Below, piece after piece: positions 18,574 through 29,000 of a stretch of 64,000 nt of DNA (positions are counted from its first letter, which is position 1; every line of letters starts with the position of its first letter). The stretch covers positions 10,214 through 74,213 of the forward strand of contig CANRIX010000009.1 of NCBI GenBank assembly GCA_947630765.1. The letters are read 5' to 3'. Position numbers and translations under genes: made by a program. The DNA is from an uncultured Clostridia bacterium (GTDB lineage Bacteria > Bacillota > Clostridia > Oscillospirales > CAG-382). The notes beneath the pieces were generated by a model. The model was not told the origin of the DNA. It was given only the letters and a program-made list of their open reading frames with translations, and made no database searches.

Positions 18574-19167
18574 TTACCGTTTCGACGCGAGCACCCGCAG
18601 CGTATCCGCGATGAGCTCCTCGATCGGGCGGTCGAAGTCCATTCCGCGCGTGGCGCTTTGGATCTCCTCGCGGGAAAACCCGTACAGCACCAGCGTGTCC
18701 GTGATCTGCGAAAGCGTGTTTCTGCTGGATTGAACGGACGAGCCGGGCGAACCTTGCGGCAGGTCGGGCAGACGCCCCTTCAGCTCCAGCACCACCCGTT
18801 GCGCCGTCTTGTTCCCGACCCCCGGCGCACGGGCGACCGCCTTGTAATCCCCGTCGGCGCAGGCGCGGATCAGGTCCGCCGGCGTCAGCACGCCGAGGAT
18901 GGACAGGGCGGCCTTCGGGCCGATGCCGGAGATGTCGATCAGCTTTTCAAACAGCTCCAGCTCCTCCTCCGACGAAAACCCGCAAAGCTCCATGGCGTTT
19001 TCGCGGACGGAAAGATAGGTATACAGCATCGCTTCCTTGCCGAGCGACGCGGAAAGCGACGCGAACGTCGACGCGGAGATCGCCAGCCGAAAGCCGACGC
19101 CGCCGCATTCGAGGACCGCGAACCCCTGCCGAAGTACGGACAGCGTCCCGCGCAGATAGTAAAACAT
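18574..19167 (-). CDS. ruvA: Holliday junction DNA-binding protein RuvA
   Basis: MFYYLRGTL...GVGFRL...ISGIGPKAALSIL HhH motifs. Confidence 0.9.
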   Translation of the reverse strand: MFYYLRGTLSVLRQGFAVLECGGVGFRLAISASTFASLSASLGKEAMLYTYLSVRENAMELCGFSSEEELELFEKLIDISGIGPKAALSILGVLTPADLIRACADGDYKAVARAPGVGNKTAQRVVLELKGRLPDLPQGSPGSSVQSSRNTLSQITDTLVLYGFSREEIQSATRGMDFDRPIEELIADTLRVLASKR

Positions 19168-19204
19168 ACCGTTTTTCGTGTCCTTTCCTTATACGTAAGA
19201 ATTC

Positions 19205-19693
19205 CTATTGCGGCATGAGGCGGTGCAGAACGCTGTTGCCGTGGCAGATGGCGATGGCGATGGCGTCCGCCGCGTCGTCCGGGCGGGGCGTTTCCCGCAG
19301 ATGCAGGTATTGTCGGACCATATACATGACCTGCTGCTTTTCGGCACGCCCGTAGCCGACGACGGCGCTTTTGACCTGCAGCGGGGTGTATTCGTAGATC
19401 GGAAGCCCGCACTGGTCCGCCGCCAGCAGGATCACCCCGCGGGCCTGCGCCACGTCCACGGCGGTCTTTTGGTTGTTGTTGAAGAACAGTTCCTCCACCG
19501 AAACGCAGTCGGGGCGGTGGCGGTCGATGAGTTCTTTCATCCCCGCAAAGATCTCCGAGAGCCGGTGCTCCAGCAACTGGTGCGCCGCCGTGGTGATACA
19601 GCCGTACTCCAGACAGCGGAACTGATCCCCCCGACAGTCCACGACGCCGTACCCGACGGTGGCGACGCCCGGGTCGATCCCGAGAATGACCAT
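19205..19693 (-). CDS. ruvC: Crossover junction endodeoxyribonuclease RuvC
   Basis: MVILGIDPGVATVGYGVVD...VEELFFNNN...DAADAIAIAICH. Confidence 0.9.
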   Translation of the reverse strand: MVILGIDPGVATVGYGVVDCRGDQFRCLEYGCITTAAHQLLEHRLSEIFAGMKELIDRHRPDCVSVEELFFNNNQKTAVDVAQARGVILLAADQCGLPIYEYTPLQVKSAVVGYGRAEKQQVMYMVRQYLHLRETPRPDDAADAIAIAICHGNSVLHRLMPQ

Positions 19694-19874
19694 GCGCTCC
19701 CTCCCGTATGCTCATGGGGATATTATCCCCCATAGGGATTTTCCCTATAGGGATACTTTCCCCTTTTAATGATACATTGTAATATTATAGCATACGAATC
19801 CGCGTCCGTCAAGAAGCAGGACGCAAAAATTTCGATTCCGGCGGAAAAAAGTGCGGGGAAATGCCAAAACCCAC

Positions 19875-19903
19875 TTGATTTTCCGAACGGAATGCGGTAT
19901 ACT
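19875..19903 (+). promoter_or_regulatory. Putative sigma-A promoter for trkA/ktrA
   Basis: TTGATT (19875-19880), a 17-nt spacer, then TATACT (19898-19903). This leaves a leader of about 130 nt before the ATG at 20040. Confidence 0.5.
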
Positions 19904-20039
19904 GTATGCAGGAAATTTCTGACGCCGGAGGAATCGGTACGGAAACCGGGAGACGCGCACGACGGCGAAGGAAAATGCCTTTTGGAATACTGCGGGTCAT
20001 GGCGCGGACGGAAGGAACGCGCAAAGGGAGGATTTTCGC

Positions 20040-20696
20040 ATGGAAAAAACCTACTGTGTCATTGGACTGGGCAACTTCGGCGCGAACGTCGCGCGGACGC
20101 TGGCGGCCAGCCGCAAGCGGGTGGTGGTCATCGACTGCGACCGGGAGCGGGTCAACCGCATCGCCCGCGAGGTGTCGGACGCGGTCTGCGGCGACGCGAC
20201 GGACGACGCCGTCCTGCGGGACGCGGACGTGCGGGACTGCGAATGCTGCATCGTCTGCCTGGAAAGCAGCATCGAGAGCAGCGCAATGATCACGCTCAGC
20301 CTCAAGGAGATGGGCATTCCGAACATCATCGCCCGTGCGTCCTCAGAGCGGCACGAAAAGCTGCTGCGCAAGCTGGGCGCCGACCGTATCATCTTCCCGG
20401 AGCGGGACGCCGGACGCCGTCTGGCGCAGACGGTCACGGTGCGGGACGCGTTGGAGTACTTCAAGCTGAGCGACGACCTGGTCATCTGCGAGCTGCCGGT
20501 GCCGAAGAACTGGGTCGGCAAGAGCCCGCTGGAGCTGGATATCCGCAAGAACTGGAACGTCAACGTCATCGCTTACAGCAAGCCCGGCACGGACCGCTTC
20601 CTGCTGACCTCCGACCCCCGCATCCAGTTTTTCCCGGATACGTTCGTCGTGGTCGCCGGGGACGTGAAGGCGATCCGAAAGCTGACGGAAAAATAG
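20040..20696 (+). CDS. ktrA: Potassium uptake regulatory subunit, TrkA/KtrA (RCK N and C domains)
   Basis: VIGLGNFGANVARTL Rossmann motif plus a C-terminal TrkA-C region. Confidence 0.85.
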   Translation: MEKTYCVIGLGNFGANVARTLAASRKRVVVIDCDRERVNRIAREVSDAVCGDATDDAVLRDADVRDCECCIVCLESSIESSAMITLSLKEMGIPNIIARASSERHEKLLRKLGADRIIFPERDAGRRLAQTVTVRDALEYFKLSDDLVICELPVPKNWVGKSPLELDIRKNWNVNVIAYSKPGTDRFLLTSDPRIQFFPDTFVVVAGDVKAIRKLTEK

Positions 20697-20770
20697 ATTT
20701 TATACTGTAGGGAAATTCTCTTTCCCATATCCCAGTAAAAAAGAAATTTACATAGACAAGAGGCAAAGAC

Positions 20771-21904
20771 ATGAAAGCGATCACCAACGGAAAAATCATC
20801 CTCAAGGACCGCATCGTCGAGGGCAAGGTCCTGCTGTACACGGACGTCATCGAAGGCATTTCGGACGCCGTCCCGGCGGGTGCGGAAGTCATCGACGCGA
20901 GCGGTAAGTACGTCGCCCCGGGTCTGATCGACCTGCACATTCACGGATACCTCGGCAAGGACGTCTGCGACGGCGACCCGGAGAGCATCCGCACCATCGC
21001 CGGCGGCATCGTGCAGAACGGCGTGACCGGCTTCCTGCCGACGACCATGACGGTGGACAAGAAGGTCATCGTCAAGGCGCTCGAGGTCTGCCGTGCGCTC
21101 CAGGAGGAAAGCAAGACCTGGAACGGCACGACCATTCTCGGCGTACACGCGGAAGGCCCGTTCATCAACCCGAAGAAGAAGGGCGCGCAGGCGGAGGAGC
21201 ACATCCTCAAGCCGGACGCGAAGTTCGTCAAGGAATACGCCGACATCATCAAGATCATCACGCTCGCCCCGGAAATGGACGAGGATTTCGCCGCGATCCG
21301 GGAGATCCGTCGGGATACCGACGTCGTCGTCTCCATGGGACACACGGACGCGGACTATAACACCGCCATGGCGTCCACCAACGTCGGCGTGCGCCATGCG
21401 ACCCACCTGTTCAACGCCATGTCCGCGCTCGCGCACCGCAATCCCGGCGTCGTCGGCGCCGCGCTCAATTCGGACGTGACGACCGAGCTGATCGTGGACA
21501 CCTTCCACGTCAATCCGGCGCTCTACCCGATCGTGCACGCGCTCAAGGGCGAACGGCTCTGCTTCATCACCGACTGCCTCCCCGCCGGCGGACTGCCGGA
21601 GGGCGAATACACGCTCGGCGGGCAGAAATTCATCTCCAAAGGCATCGAGTGCCGCCTGCCGGACGGGACCATCGCCGGTTCGGTGCTGAAGCTCAACAAG
21701 GGCGTCTGGAACGTCTATACGCACAGCGATATCCCGCTTTACGAGTGCGTCAACTGCGCGTCGCTGCACCCGGCGAAAGCCATCGGCGTCGATCAACGCA
21801 AGGGCTCGCTGGAGGTCGGCAAGGACGCGGACATCATCATCACGGACGCGGAATTCAACGTCGAAAAAACCATCATCGGAGGAACAGTACGTTATGGAGC
21901 TTAA
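20771..21904 (+). CDS. nagA: N-acetylglucosamine-6-phosphate deacetylase
   Basis: GLIDLHIHGYLGKD...HTDADY...ATHLFNAM amidohydrolase ligand pattern. Confidence 0.9.
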   Translation: MKAITNGKIILKDRIVEGKVLLYTDVIEGISDAVPAGAEVIDASGKYVAPGLIDLHIHGYLGKDVCDGDPESIRTIAGGIVQNGVTGFLPTTMTVDKKVIVKALEVCRALQEESKTWNGTTILGVHAEGPFINPKKKGAQAEEHILKPDAKFVKEYADIIKIITLAPEMDEDFAAIREIRRDTDVVVSMGHTDADYNTAMASTNVGVRHATHLFNAMSALAHRNPGVVGAALNSDVTTELIVDTFHVNPALYPIVHALKGERLCFITDCLPAGGLPEGEYTLGGQKFISKGIECRLPDGTIAGSVLKLNKGVWNVYTHSDIPLYECVNCASLHPAKAIGVDQRKGSLEVGKDADIIITDAEFNVEKTIIGGTVRYGA

Positions 21905-23282
21905 AGTCAAGGCCATTTTGGACCCGCAATTCGCGCCGATGGCGCTCAAGGTGCGCGAGATGCGCGAAAAGACCAAGGAGAACGGGCAGGATATCGTCAT
22001 CGCCGTCGAGCGCAACAAGGGCGCGATCACGACCTACCGCACCCGCATCTTCCCGGACGGCACCGGGCACGACGAGGAGAACTACGAATTCGTCGAGCGC
22101 ATCGTCAAGTCCATGCTGTGGGTGGCGGGCGGCTTCCGCATCACCATCGCCGGTTCCGAAACGGTCGCCAAGCGCATCCAGCAGGCGTACGTTGACGGCG
22201 GCTACCGCGATTTCGACCTGCACTTCATGGAGGGCGTGTACGAGACCAAGTTTGAAGTGCTGTCCGTGCCGCTCGACAAGGCGCCGAAGGACGTCAGCAC
22301 GGCGTCCCCGGTCGGGCGTCACCTCGACGGCTGCCGCATCGGGTTCGACGCGGGCGGTTCCGACCGCAAGGTTTCCGCCGTCGTGGAGGGGGAATCCGTG
22401 TATTCCGAGGAGGTCGTCTGGCTGCCGAAGGTCAACCCGGACCCGCAGTACCATTTCGACGGCATCTACGCGGCGATGAAGACCGCCGCAGAGCATATGC
22501 CCCGCGTGGACGCGATCGGCGTTTCCTCCGCCGGCGTGTATATCGACAACAAGATCATGGTCGCGTCGCTGTTCCTGAAGGTTTCCAAGGAGGACTTCGA
22601 GAAGCGCGTCAAGACCATGTACATGGACGTCGCGAAGAAGCTGAGCGAGGAACTCGGACATGAGATCCCGATCGAAGTCGCCAACGACGGCGACGTGACG
22701 GCGCTCGCGGGCGCGATGGACCTCAACGACGACTCGGTGCTGGGCGTCGCGATGGGCACGTCCGAGGCGGGCGGCTACGTCGACCCGGACGGCAACATCA
22801 CCGGCTGGCTCAACGAGCTGGCGTTTGTGCCGGTGGACTTCTGTAAGAACGCGATGGTCGACGAATGGTCGGGGGACTACGGCTGCGGCGTCAAGTACTT
22901 CTCGCAGGACGGCGTCATCAAGCTCGCCCCGGCGGCGGGGATCGAACTGGATCCATCCATGACCCCGGCGGAGAAGCTGAAGGTCGTCCAGAAGCTGATG
23001 GCGGAGGGCGACGAGCGCGCCGCGAAGATCTACGACACGATCGGCTGCTACTTCGGCTACGCGATCGGCTATTACGCGGAGTTCTACCAGATGAAGCACG
23101 TCCTGATCATGGGACGCGTGACCTCCGGCAAGGGCGGGGAGATCCTGCTCGCCCGTGCGCAAGAGGTGCTCGACAAGGAGTTCCCGGAGCTGGCAAAGAC
23201 CTGCAAACTGCACATCCCGGACGAGTCCAGCCGCCGCGTCGGTCAGTCCGTCGCCGCCGCGTCCTTGCCGGAACTGAAGTAA
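21894..23282 (+). CDS. ROK-family sugar kinase-like protein with an N-terminal extension
   Basis: 462 aa with GFDAGGSDRK, ANDGDVTALAG and a ROK-type sugar-kinase core. It overlaps the nagA stop. Confidence 0.75.
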   Translation: MELKVKAILDPQFAPMALKVREMREKTKENGQDIVIAVERNKGAITTYRTRIFPDGTGHDEENYEFVERIVKSMLWVAGGFRITIAGSETVAKRIQQAYVDGGYRDFDLHFMEGVYETKFEVLSVPLDKAPKDVSTASPVGRHLDGCRIGFDAGGSDRKVSAVVEGESVYSEEVVWLPKVNPDPQYHFDGIYAAMKTAAEHMPRVDAIGVSSAGVYIDNKIMVASLFLKVSKEDFEKRVKTMYMDVAKKLSEELGHEIPIEVANDGDVTALAGAMDLNDDSVLGVAMGTSEAGGYVDPDGNITGWLNELAFVPVDFCKNAMVDEWSGDYGCGVKYFSQDGVIKLAPAAGIELDPSMTPAEKLKVVQKLMAEGDERAAKIYDTIGCYFGYAIGYYAEFYQMKHVLIMGRVTSGKGGEILLARAQEVLDKEFPELAKTCKLHIPDESSRRVGQSVAAASLPELK

Positions 23283-23310
23283 ACGTCTTGCGCCCGAACG
23301 CGTGAAAAAG

Positions 23311-23358
23311 AAGCCGTCGGCGTTCCTTCTCGAAGGGATGCCGACGGTTTGTGTTTGC
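23311..23358 (+). terminator. Rho-independent terminator after the ROK gene
   Basis: AAGCCGTCGGC / GCCGACGGTTT stem followed by a TTTGTGTTTG tail. Confidence 0.6.
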
Positions 23359-23441
23359 AGACAGGGGTCAAAAGGGGTTCGCTCCGAAAAAATTACATAC
23401 CTTTTCTTTTTTCGGGGCAAACTACCGAAAACAGGAAGGGA

Positions 23442-25622
23442 ATGGTTATGACCATGGAACAGCGAACCAACGAACGACGGTGGGAAGTCGTCATCCTCGC
23501 GGGCGGCATGGGGAGCCGGCTCGCGCCGATCACGGACGACCTGCCGAAACCCCTCGTGCCCGTCTGCGGCACGCCGGTGCTGACCCGGCTGACCGACTGC
23601 CTCAAGCGGAACGGCTGGAAGGACGCGCTGCTGACCGTCTGCGCCCTGCCGGAGGCGTTTGATCTCTACCGCGACCCCAATATCGAGCTGGAAACCGTCA
23701 AGGGCAGCGTTCCGCTCGGGAGCGCCGGGAGCGTGCGGGCGGTCCGCGACAGGCTTGCGGACACGATTCTGGTGATCTCCGGCGACACCGTGACCGATTT
23801 CGACCTGCGTCGCGCCTACGAACGGCATAAAAAGGAGCGCCGGCTCGCGACCATCCTGCTGACCCACGCGGAAGCGCCCGGGGAATTCGGGGTGGTCACG
23901 CTGGACGGGAGCCGCATCGTCGGCTTTTCCGAAAAGCCCTCGTGGCGGGACACGGCGTCGGATCTGGTGTCGACCGGCATCTACCTGCTCGACCGCTCGC
24001 TGCTCGACGAGGTGCCGGAGGGCATAAAGTTCGATTTCGGGCGGGACCTGTTTCCCCGCCTGCTGAAGCGCGGGATCGAGGTGTTCGGCGAGGTCCTGCC
24101 GGGGCACTGGTGGGACGTCGGCACGCCGGAAAGCTACTACCGCTGCTGCATGGCGCTGTCCGACGGGCAGACGGTCACGGGGCAGGAATGCGCGATCTCC
24201 CTGGACGCGACGGTCCGCGCGAGCGTCCTGCATGACCGGGTTTCGGTCGGGAGCGGCTCGCGGGTGGAGGGAAGCATCCTCTGTTCCGGCGTGCGGGTCG
24301 GGGAAGGCTGTACGGTGCCGCCCGGTTGCGTGATCGGGGAGAATACCGTGCTGGAGGACGGCGCGTCGCTGAAAGCCGGGGTGCGCCTGAAGGGCGGACT
24401 GCTGGTCGGGAAGAACGCGTCGGTGGGCGAACGGTACGTTTTCGGTGCGCTGGACAGGCGCTGGTTCGGCGACGAGCAGATCCAGGGCGACCGGGCGGAG
24501 CTGGACAGCAGTTTCTGCCTGCGGCTGGGGCGCGCTTTGAAAACGCCGGGGCGGGAACTGAAGCTCGGCGTCCTGCACGGGCCGTCTGCCGGGAGCCGCC
24601 TGTACGCGGAACTGCTCTCACGCGGGGCGCAGGACGCGGGCGCGAAGGTCTGGGAGCTTGGGGACGGGTTCCCGGCGGTCATCTCGTTCGCCGTGCGGCA
24701 GTACGAATTGGATCTGGCGGTGTTCGTCGACCTGCGCGAGAGCGTCGGACGGGTGCGGTTCTGGTTCTGTGACCGCAGCGGACTGCCGCTGACGCGGGAA
24801 GCCCAGCGGGACATCGAATCCCGCCTGCGCGGCGAGCAGTACGACCGCTGCATCACGCCGCAGCCCGCCGTATTCCCGGACGGCGAGGACCGGGTGCTGC
24901 GCCGGTACTGCGTATGGCTGCAGGAGCAGGTCGGTTCGCTTTCCGGGGTAAAATTTTCCGTCACGCGGCGGGACGACGCCGGGGAATTCCTGTTCTCCAA
25001 CGCGAAGGAACTGGGCGCGGACGTCTCCTACGGGGAGAGCGAGGACAACTTCACGGTGTCCCCGGACGGGCGCCGCGCCTGCGCCTACACCCGTTCTGGC
25101 AAGCCGTTGACCTACTGGCACCTCGTCGCCCTCGCGGCCGCCGAAAGCGACGAGCGGAAGGTCTACCTGCCCGCACGCCTGCCGAAAACCGTCGAGGACT
25201 ACCTGCGGAATATGGGCAAGGAGCTGCGCCTGTACGCCGACGGGCGGGACGAGGTCCGCACGCATATGGAAGAGCAGCCGTCGAACAGCCCGTACGTCAA
25301 CGACGGCGTCCTACTCTGCCTGACCGTCGCGAAGCGCCTGCAGGAGCGGAAGGTTTCGCTGGATGAAGCGTTGAGCGCCCTGCCCGCGTTCTTCGTCTGC
25401 CGGCGGGAATTGCCGGTCGTTCCCGCGACCGAAGCCGCCGACCGCCGCGCTTCGCGCATCGCGGCGCTGACGCAGAAGGATACCTTCCCGGCACGAGTGT
25501 TCTGGCCGACCGGGTGCGTGACCGTCTTCCCGAACGCCGCAGGCGGATACACCCTGCTCGCTGAAGCGTCCGGCTGGGAGACCGCCGAGGAGCTCTGCGC
25601 GGAAACCGAAAAACTGCTGTAA
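23442..25622 (+). CDS. Bifunctional-type sugar-1-phosphate nucleotidyltransferase with a phosphohexomutase-like C-terminal region
   Basis: ATG at 23442 after AGGAAGGG. The N-terminus VVILAGGMGSRLAPITDDLPKPLVP is the NTP-transferase signature, followed by left-handed beta-helix-like repeats and a long C-terminal region. Confidence 0.75.
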   Translation: MVMTMEQRTNERRWEVVILAGGMGSRLAPITDDLPKPLVPVCGTPVLTRLTDCLKRNGWKDALLTVCALPEAFDLYRDPNIELETVKGSVPLGSAGSVRAVRDRLADTILVISGDTVTDFDLRRAYERHKKERRLATILLTHAEAPGEFGVVTLDGSRIVGFSEKPSWRDTASDLVSTGIYLLDRSLLDEVPEGIKFDFGRDLFPRLLKRGIEVFGEVLPGHWWDVGTPESYYRCCMALSDGQTVTGQECAISLDATVRASVLHDRVSVGSGSRVEGSILCSGVRVGEGCTVPPGCVIGENTVLEDGASLKAGVRLKGGLLVGKNASVGERYVFGALDRRWFGDEQIQGDRAELDSSFCLRLGRALKTPGRELKLGVLHGPSAGSRLYAELLSRGAQDAGAKVWELGDGFPAVISFAVRQYELDLAVFVDLRESVGRVRFWFCDRSGLPLTREAQRDIESRLRGEQYDRCITPQPAVFPDGEDRVLRRYCVWLQEQVGSLSGVKFSVTRRDDAGEFLFSNAKELGADVSYGESEDNFTVSPDGRRACAYTRSGKPLTYWHLVALAAAESDERKVYLPARLPKTVEDYLRNMGKELRLYADGRDEVRTHMEEQPSNSPYVNDGVLLCLTVAKRLQERKVSLDEALSALPAFFVCRRELPVVPATEAADRRASRIAALTQKDTFPARVFWPTGCVTVFPNAAGGYTLLAEASGWETAEELCAETEKLL

Positions 25623-25629
25623 CGCCGTA

Positions 25630-25666
25630 AAAGCCCCCGAAAAGCGGTCGCTTTTCGGGGGTTTTG
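25630..25666. terminator. Bidirectional intrinsic terminator (host side)
   Basis: CCCCCGAAAAGC (25634-25645) pairs with GCTTTTCGGGGG (25650-25661). It is flanked by an A-run upstream and a T-run downstream. Confidence 0.7.
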
Positions 25667-25792
25667 CAGACCTGAAAACGAACAGGTCAAATTTCCCACG
25701 GGGAGCCGTTGGAGATAACGTTGACACCGTCGGATTCGTTCGTTTTCGGAATGCTGCATCTTGCCGAACAGATGGGGTGGGGTACATAAAAG

Positions 25793-25830
25793 AAGTCAGC
25801 CGATTGGGGAAAATTCTCAATCGGCTGACT
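25793..25830 (-). terminator. Possible terminator for the island minus-strand block
   Basis: AGTCAGCCGATTG / CAATCGGCTGACT 13-bp stem. On the minus strand it is followed by CTTCTTTTAT. It lies about 170 nt downstream of the stop at 26001. Confidence 0.4.
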
Positions 25831-26000
25831 TGCGTTTGCTCTAATGACCCCCTTTGCCGTACAAGTTTTGAACATCTTACTGACTGCTTTTTCTGTGACT
25901 TAATCCACTTTAGTCAAACAGCTTCGCGTCCGTTATGATAGATTCCCCAAAAAACAATAACACACTTTCGCGACGATTTATCATTACACCACAATATGAT

Positions 26001-29000
26001 TTAAGATGTTTGTTTGATTTTAGACTTCACAATATCTAAGCTCTTGCGGTCTTGATTTGTTTCATAAAACCCGCGAATTACCTGCTGCATGGTTTCATCG
26101 AACCAAAAGATTTTTAATTTTTCTTTGGCTCTTGTAATCGCGGTATAAAAGATGCCGTGCGTTATTTTTTCGGCATTGGCAGAAGGAATAAGAATTTTCA
26201 CCGAGTTAAATTCCAAACCTTGAGCCTTATGGATTGATACTGCATAAGCAAGATGAAACGGAATAACCGTGCGTAGCCGCATTTCGTCCTGCTTTTCAGC
26301 TGGAGCCTTTGGATCATATTGATATACCGTAAACCGAACGCGCGTTTCTTCGCCAAACGTATCAATATATTCAACGTCTGTTCCGAAAAAGTGACTTTCT
26401 GTCAAAATAGTCCCTATATCTACGGTAAATGTAATGCTGTGATTGTCTTTTTTTATGTCGGCAATTCTCCCTTTCAAATTATTATAGAACATGGGAAATC
26501 GAGGTGCATTACTGAAAAGAATCGGATCACCGATTTTGTACTTCCATTCTTGCCATTCAAAAGCTTCGCTTTGCTTATTTAGGCTCTGGAAATATTTATT
26601 AATGTTGTTCAAACCAAACTTCCCGTCATAGTTCAAGCACAATATAACTTCGTCTTCTTCCTCTCTATGAAAAATATTTTCCCCGATTTTTTCAGAAAAC
26701 GGACCCTCAAAGACGAGTTTTCAGTTATCATCCCTTTGTTTCGAACTTCGTCCCACAAATTGATGAGTTCTTGCTTTTCGGTTCGCCATGTGGTCAGAAG
26801 TTCCACATTGACACCTGGCGCCTTTACCAATTCTTTCGCATAAGAAAACCAATTTCCAAAATCGATTGATTCAATCTGATAAGTATCCCCCGCCAAAACC
26901 AGAAAAGAATCCTCGTTGATTTTGCTCAACAATCTTCTCATCGTGCGATTGTCAATCGTACTGCATTCGTCAACAAAGATGACATCGTAATCTTTCAAAT
27001 TTACTTTGCGCGTAAAGCTGTCAATACTGATAAAATCATGTTCTGTTCCGGGATTGTCAATACGAGCTTTCAAATTTTGTAGTGCTGTATGTGTCTTCGT
27101 TAAAAACAGCTTGCTTCGATCATTCATCATATTGGAAAGATAATTAATCAAAGTCGTTTTGCCGGTTCCGGCAGCGCCGTATATCAACAAAATACGGGAA
27201 TTTACAAAAGCAGTTGTCAAAGCCTGTTTTTTCAACGGATCCGTAATATTGTTTTCCTGGCGTTTCACAAATTGCCGGTTAAATGCTTCTTGCCCTTTGT
27301 TGCCAATAGACGACAGTTCCAAAAGCTTTTTGATAATAAACAAAGTATCCTCTTCATAAAAGTCAATACAGGTAAATCCGTTTTCTCTTTTGATCTTATA
27401 CCCGTTTTTCAGCTCCCAATCACTGAGACTTTCATTAAATTTATCAATAGATCCTTCTGAAAAAATTGTTTCGTCAAAATAAATTTCGCCAGTTTGACGT
27501 ATCAAGCTTTTCAATTTTATAAACGGACTCATTTCATCCAGTTTACTGTCGCCCGCGGCTTTTAATATATTTTTCAAATTTCCGATTTCGTTTGTTCGAC
27601 TGCCGGGAAGATTAGAGATAAAAGGATTCCGTTCAAACGGGATACATTTCGTAGATAGAAGAAATTGGTCGCATAAACATTTTGGAGTAAACTGTGAAAC
27701 CATTACATTCTCCAGCGTTTCTTCTTTTAATTCGATCAATAAATATCTTATCGTGTTGTATCCAACGCTTTTTGAACCTTCTGCGAAATTTTTTCTCAAG
27801 TAAAGAAGGACATCCTTAAAACAAGCAGTATTGCAGTTTTGATAAATCTGATTGACAATATCATGAAACTGAAGTTCCCTTAAATCAATCAAAGATAAAA
27901 GATCAATACCCGTAGTAGTTAAAAAATTCATAAGTGCCGCATATTCTCCGTAATTTGAACTAAGCTTAGCAGAAAAACGAAACAGAATTTTTGTCAACTT
28001 ATTCAGGCACGCCGGCTCAATTGATACTTTCCAACCGGATATGATTTTGATTTCCGATGGAACATCCCACAATTTTATAGGAACTTCTTGATAGGATATC
28101 TCAATGGAGTAGTTTGTAGAAATATTCTCTTTGGTATAAACCGTGATTCGGTTATATTTCGTAGCATATATTCCCGCCAGTTGCAATGTCATCTCATAAT
28201 ACCGCTCAGTTCCAACAAAGAACGATGCTTTTTTCTGAATGTAATAGCGGTCATGGCTGGCTTTTTCAACATAACAAGGGGTATTTTCTATTATTTGAGC
28301 AACTGCTTTATAATACTCCTCATCAGCAGGATCCTCCTGATTTCGTGGGAATCTTTCTAAATTATGCAATACCGATATTCCATATTTTTTCTTTAAGAAA
28401 TCTCTGATTTGCCAAAGAAATTCATAATATTTCAACATTAGGCGTTCCGCCTGCCCTTCGTCGGGGATACGTCCTCCTATATATTTAAGAGATTTCAAAA
28501 AAGCTCCTAAATACTTGGTGCGTATATCCAGCAATGATTGTTCCCATGCCAGACTAAGGCTCACTTTGTCCTGATTGTGGCTTAATGCATTCAATATAAG
28601 TGTTGCTTTGCAAAGATCCTCCAAACGAGTCAAAATCCGCTTTGAGATATTATCGCGTGTTTCATTGCAAATGTCCATTCGGTCAATACTCTCTGTGATT
28701 TGTAGATCGCAGGACTTGATAATTTCAACTGCATCTTTTTTGGAATAGCTCGAATTGTTCAGCTCTCTGATAAAGGCATGTCGATCAATAATATCAATGA
28801 GTTCTTCGCAAAACCGTTCCACACTTTCATCCGTATTTTTAATTTCTTCTTCTGAAGAAAAAGAAATCGTTACACTTTCTTTTCCAAAATCTATGCCGTT
28901 CAAAAAGCTAACCGACATATATTTCCAAAACACTCGTTCCATTCCTCGATTGTCCGGGTGGAGTACTACAAATAAAATACAGGGATCAAATGTAACGGGC

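Noticed and set aside
15550-19218. 1222-aa plus-strand ORF spanning the ecfA, methyltransferase, ruvB and ruvA regions
   Set aside because: It is antisense to four well-supported genes. Its composition is low-complexity (R/G/P/A/D) and it has no RBS or motif support.
19904-20039. Possible c-di-AMP (ydaO-type) riboswitch in the 130-nt trkA/ktrA leader
   Set aside because: Such riboswitches are common before K+ uptake genes. I could not find the paired conserved cores of the motif as I remember it (GGGGA...CCC / ACCCG.. and the pseudo-twofold arrangement). An Rfam scan is needed before making any claim.
21873-24578. 901-aa minus-strand ORF; similar cases at 58410-60674 and 61473-63788
   Set aside because: These lie antisense to the ROK gene, the nucleotidyltransferase, uvrC, and the enolase-superfamily and dehydrogenase genes. 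They are the same kind of GC-driven artefact.
25687-25875. 62-aa minus-strand ORF at the left island edge ending ...DGVNVISNGSPWEI
   Set aside because: It has no RBS or plausible start context. The resemblance to the recombinase C-terminus (GVNVISSG) is better explained by the inverted att arm than by a gene or gene fragment, although a recombinase remnant cannot be fully excluded.
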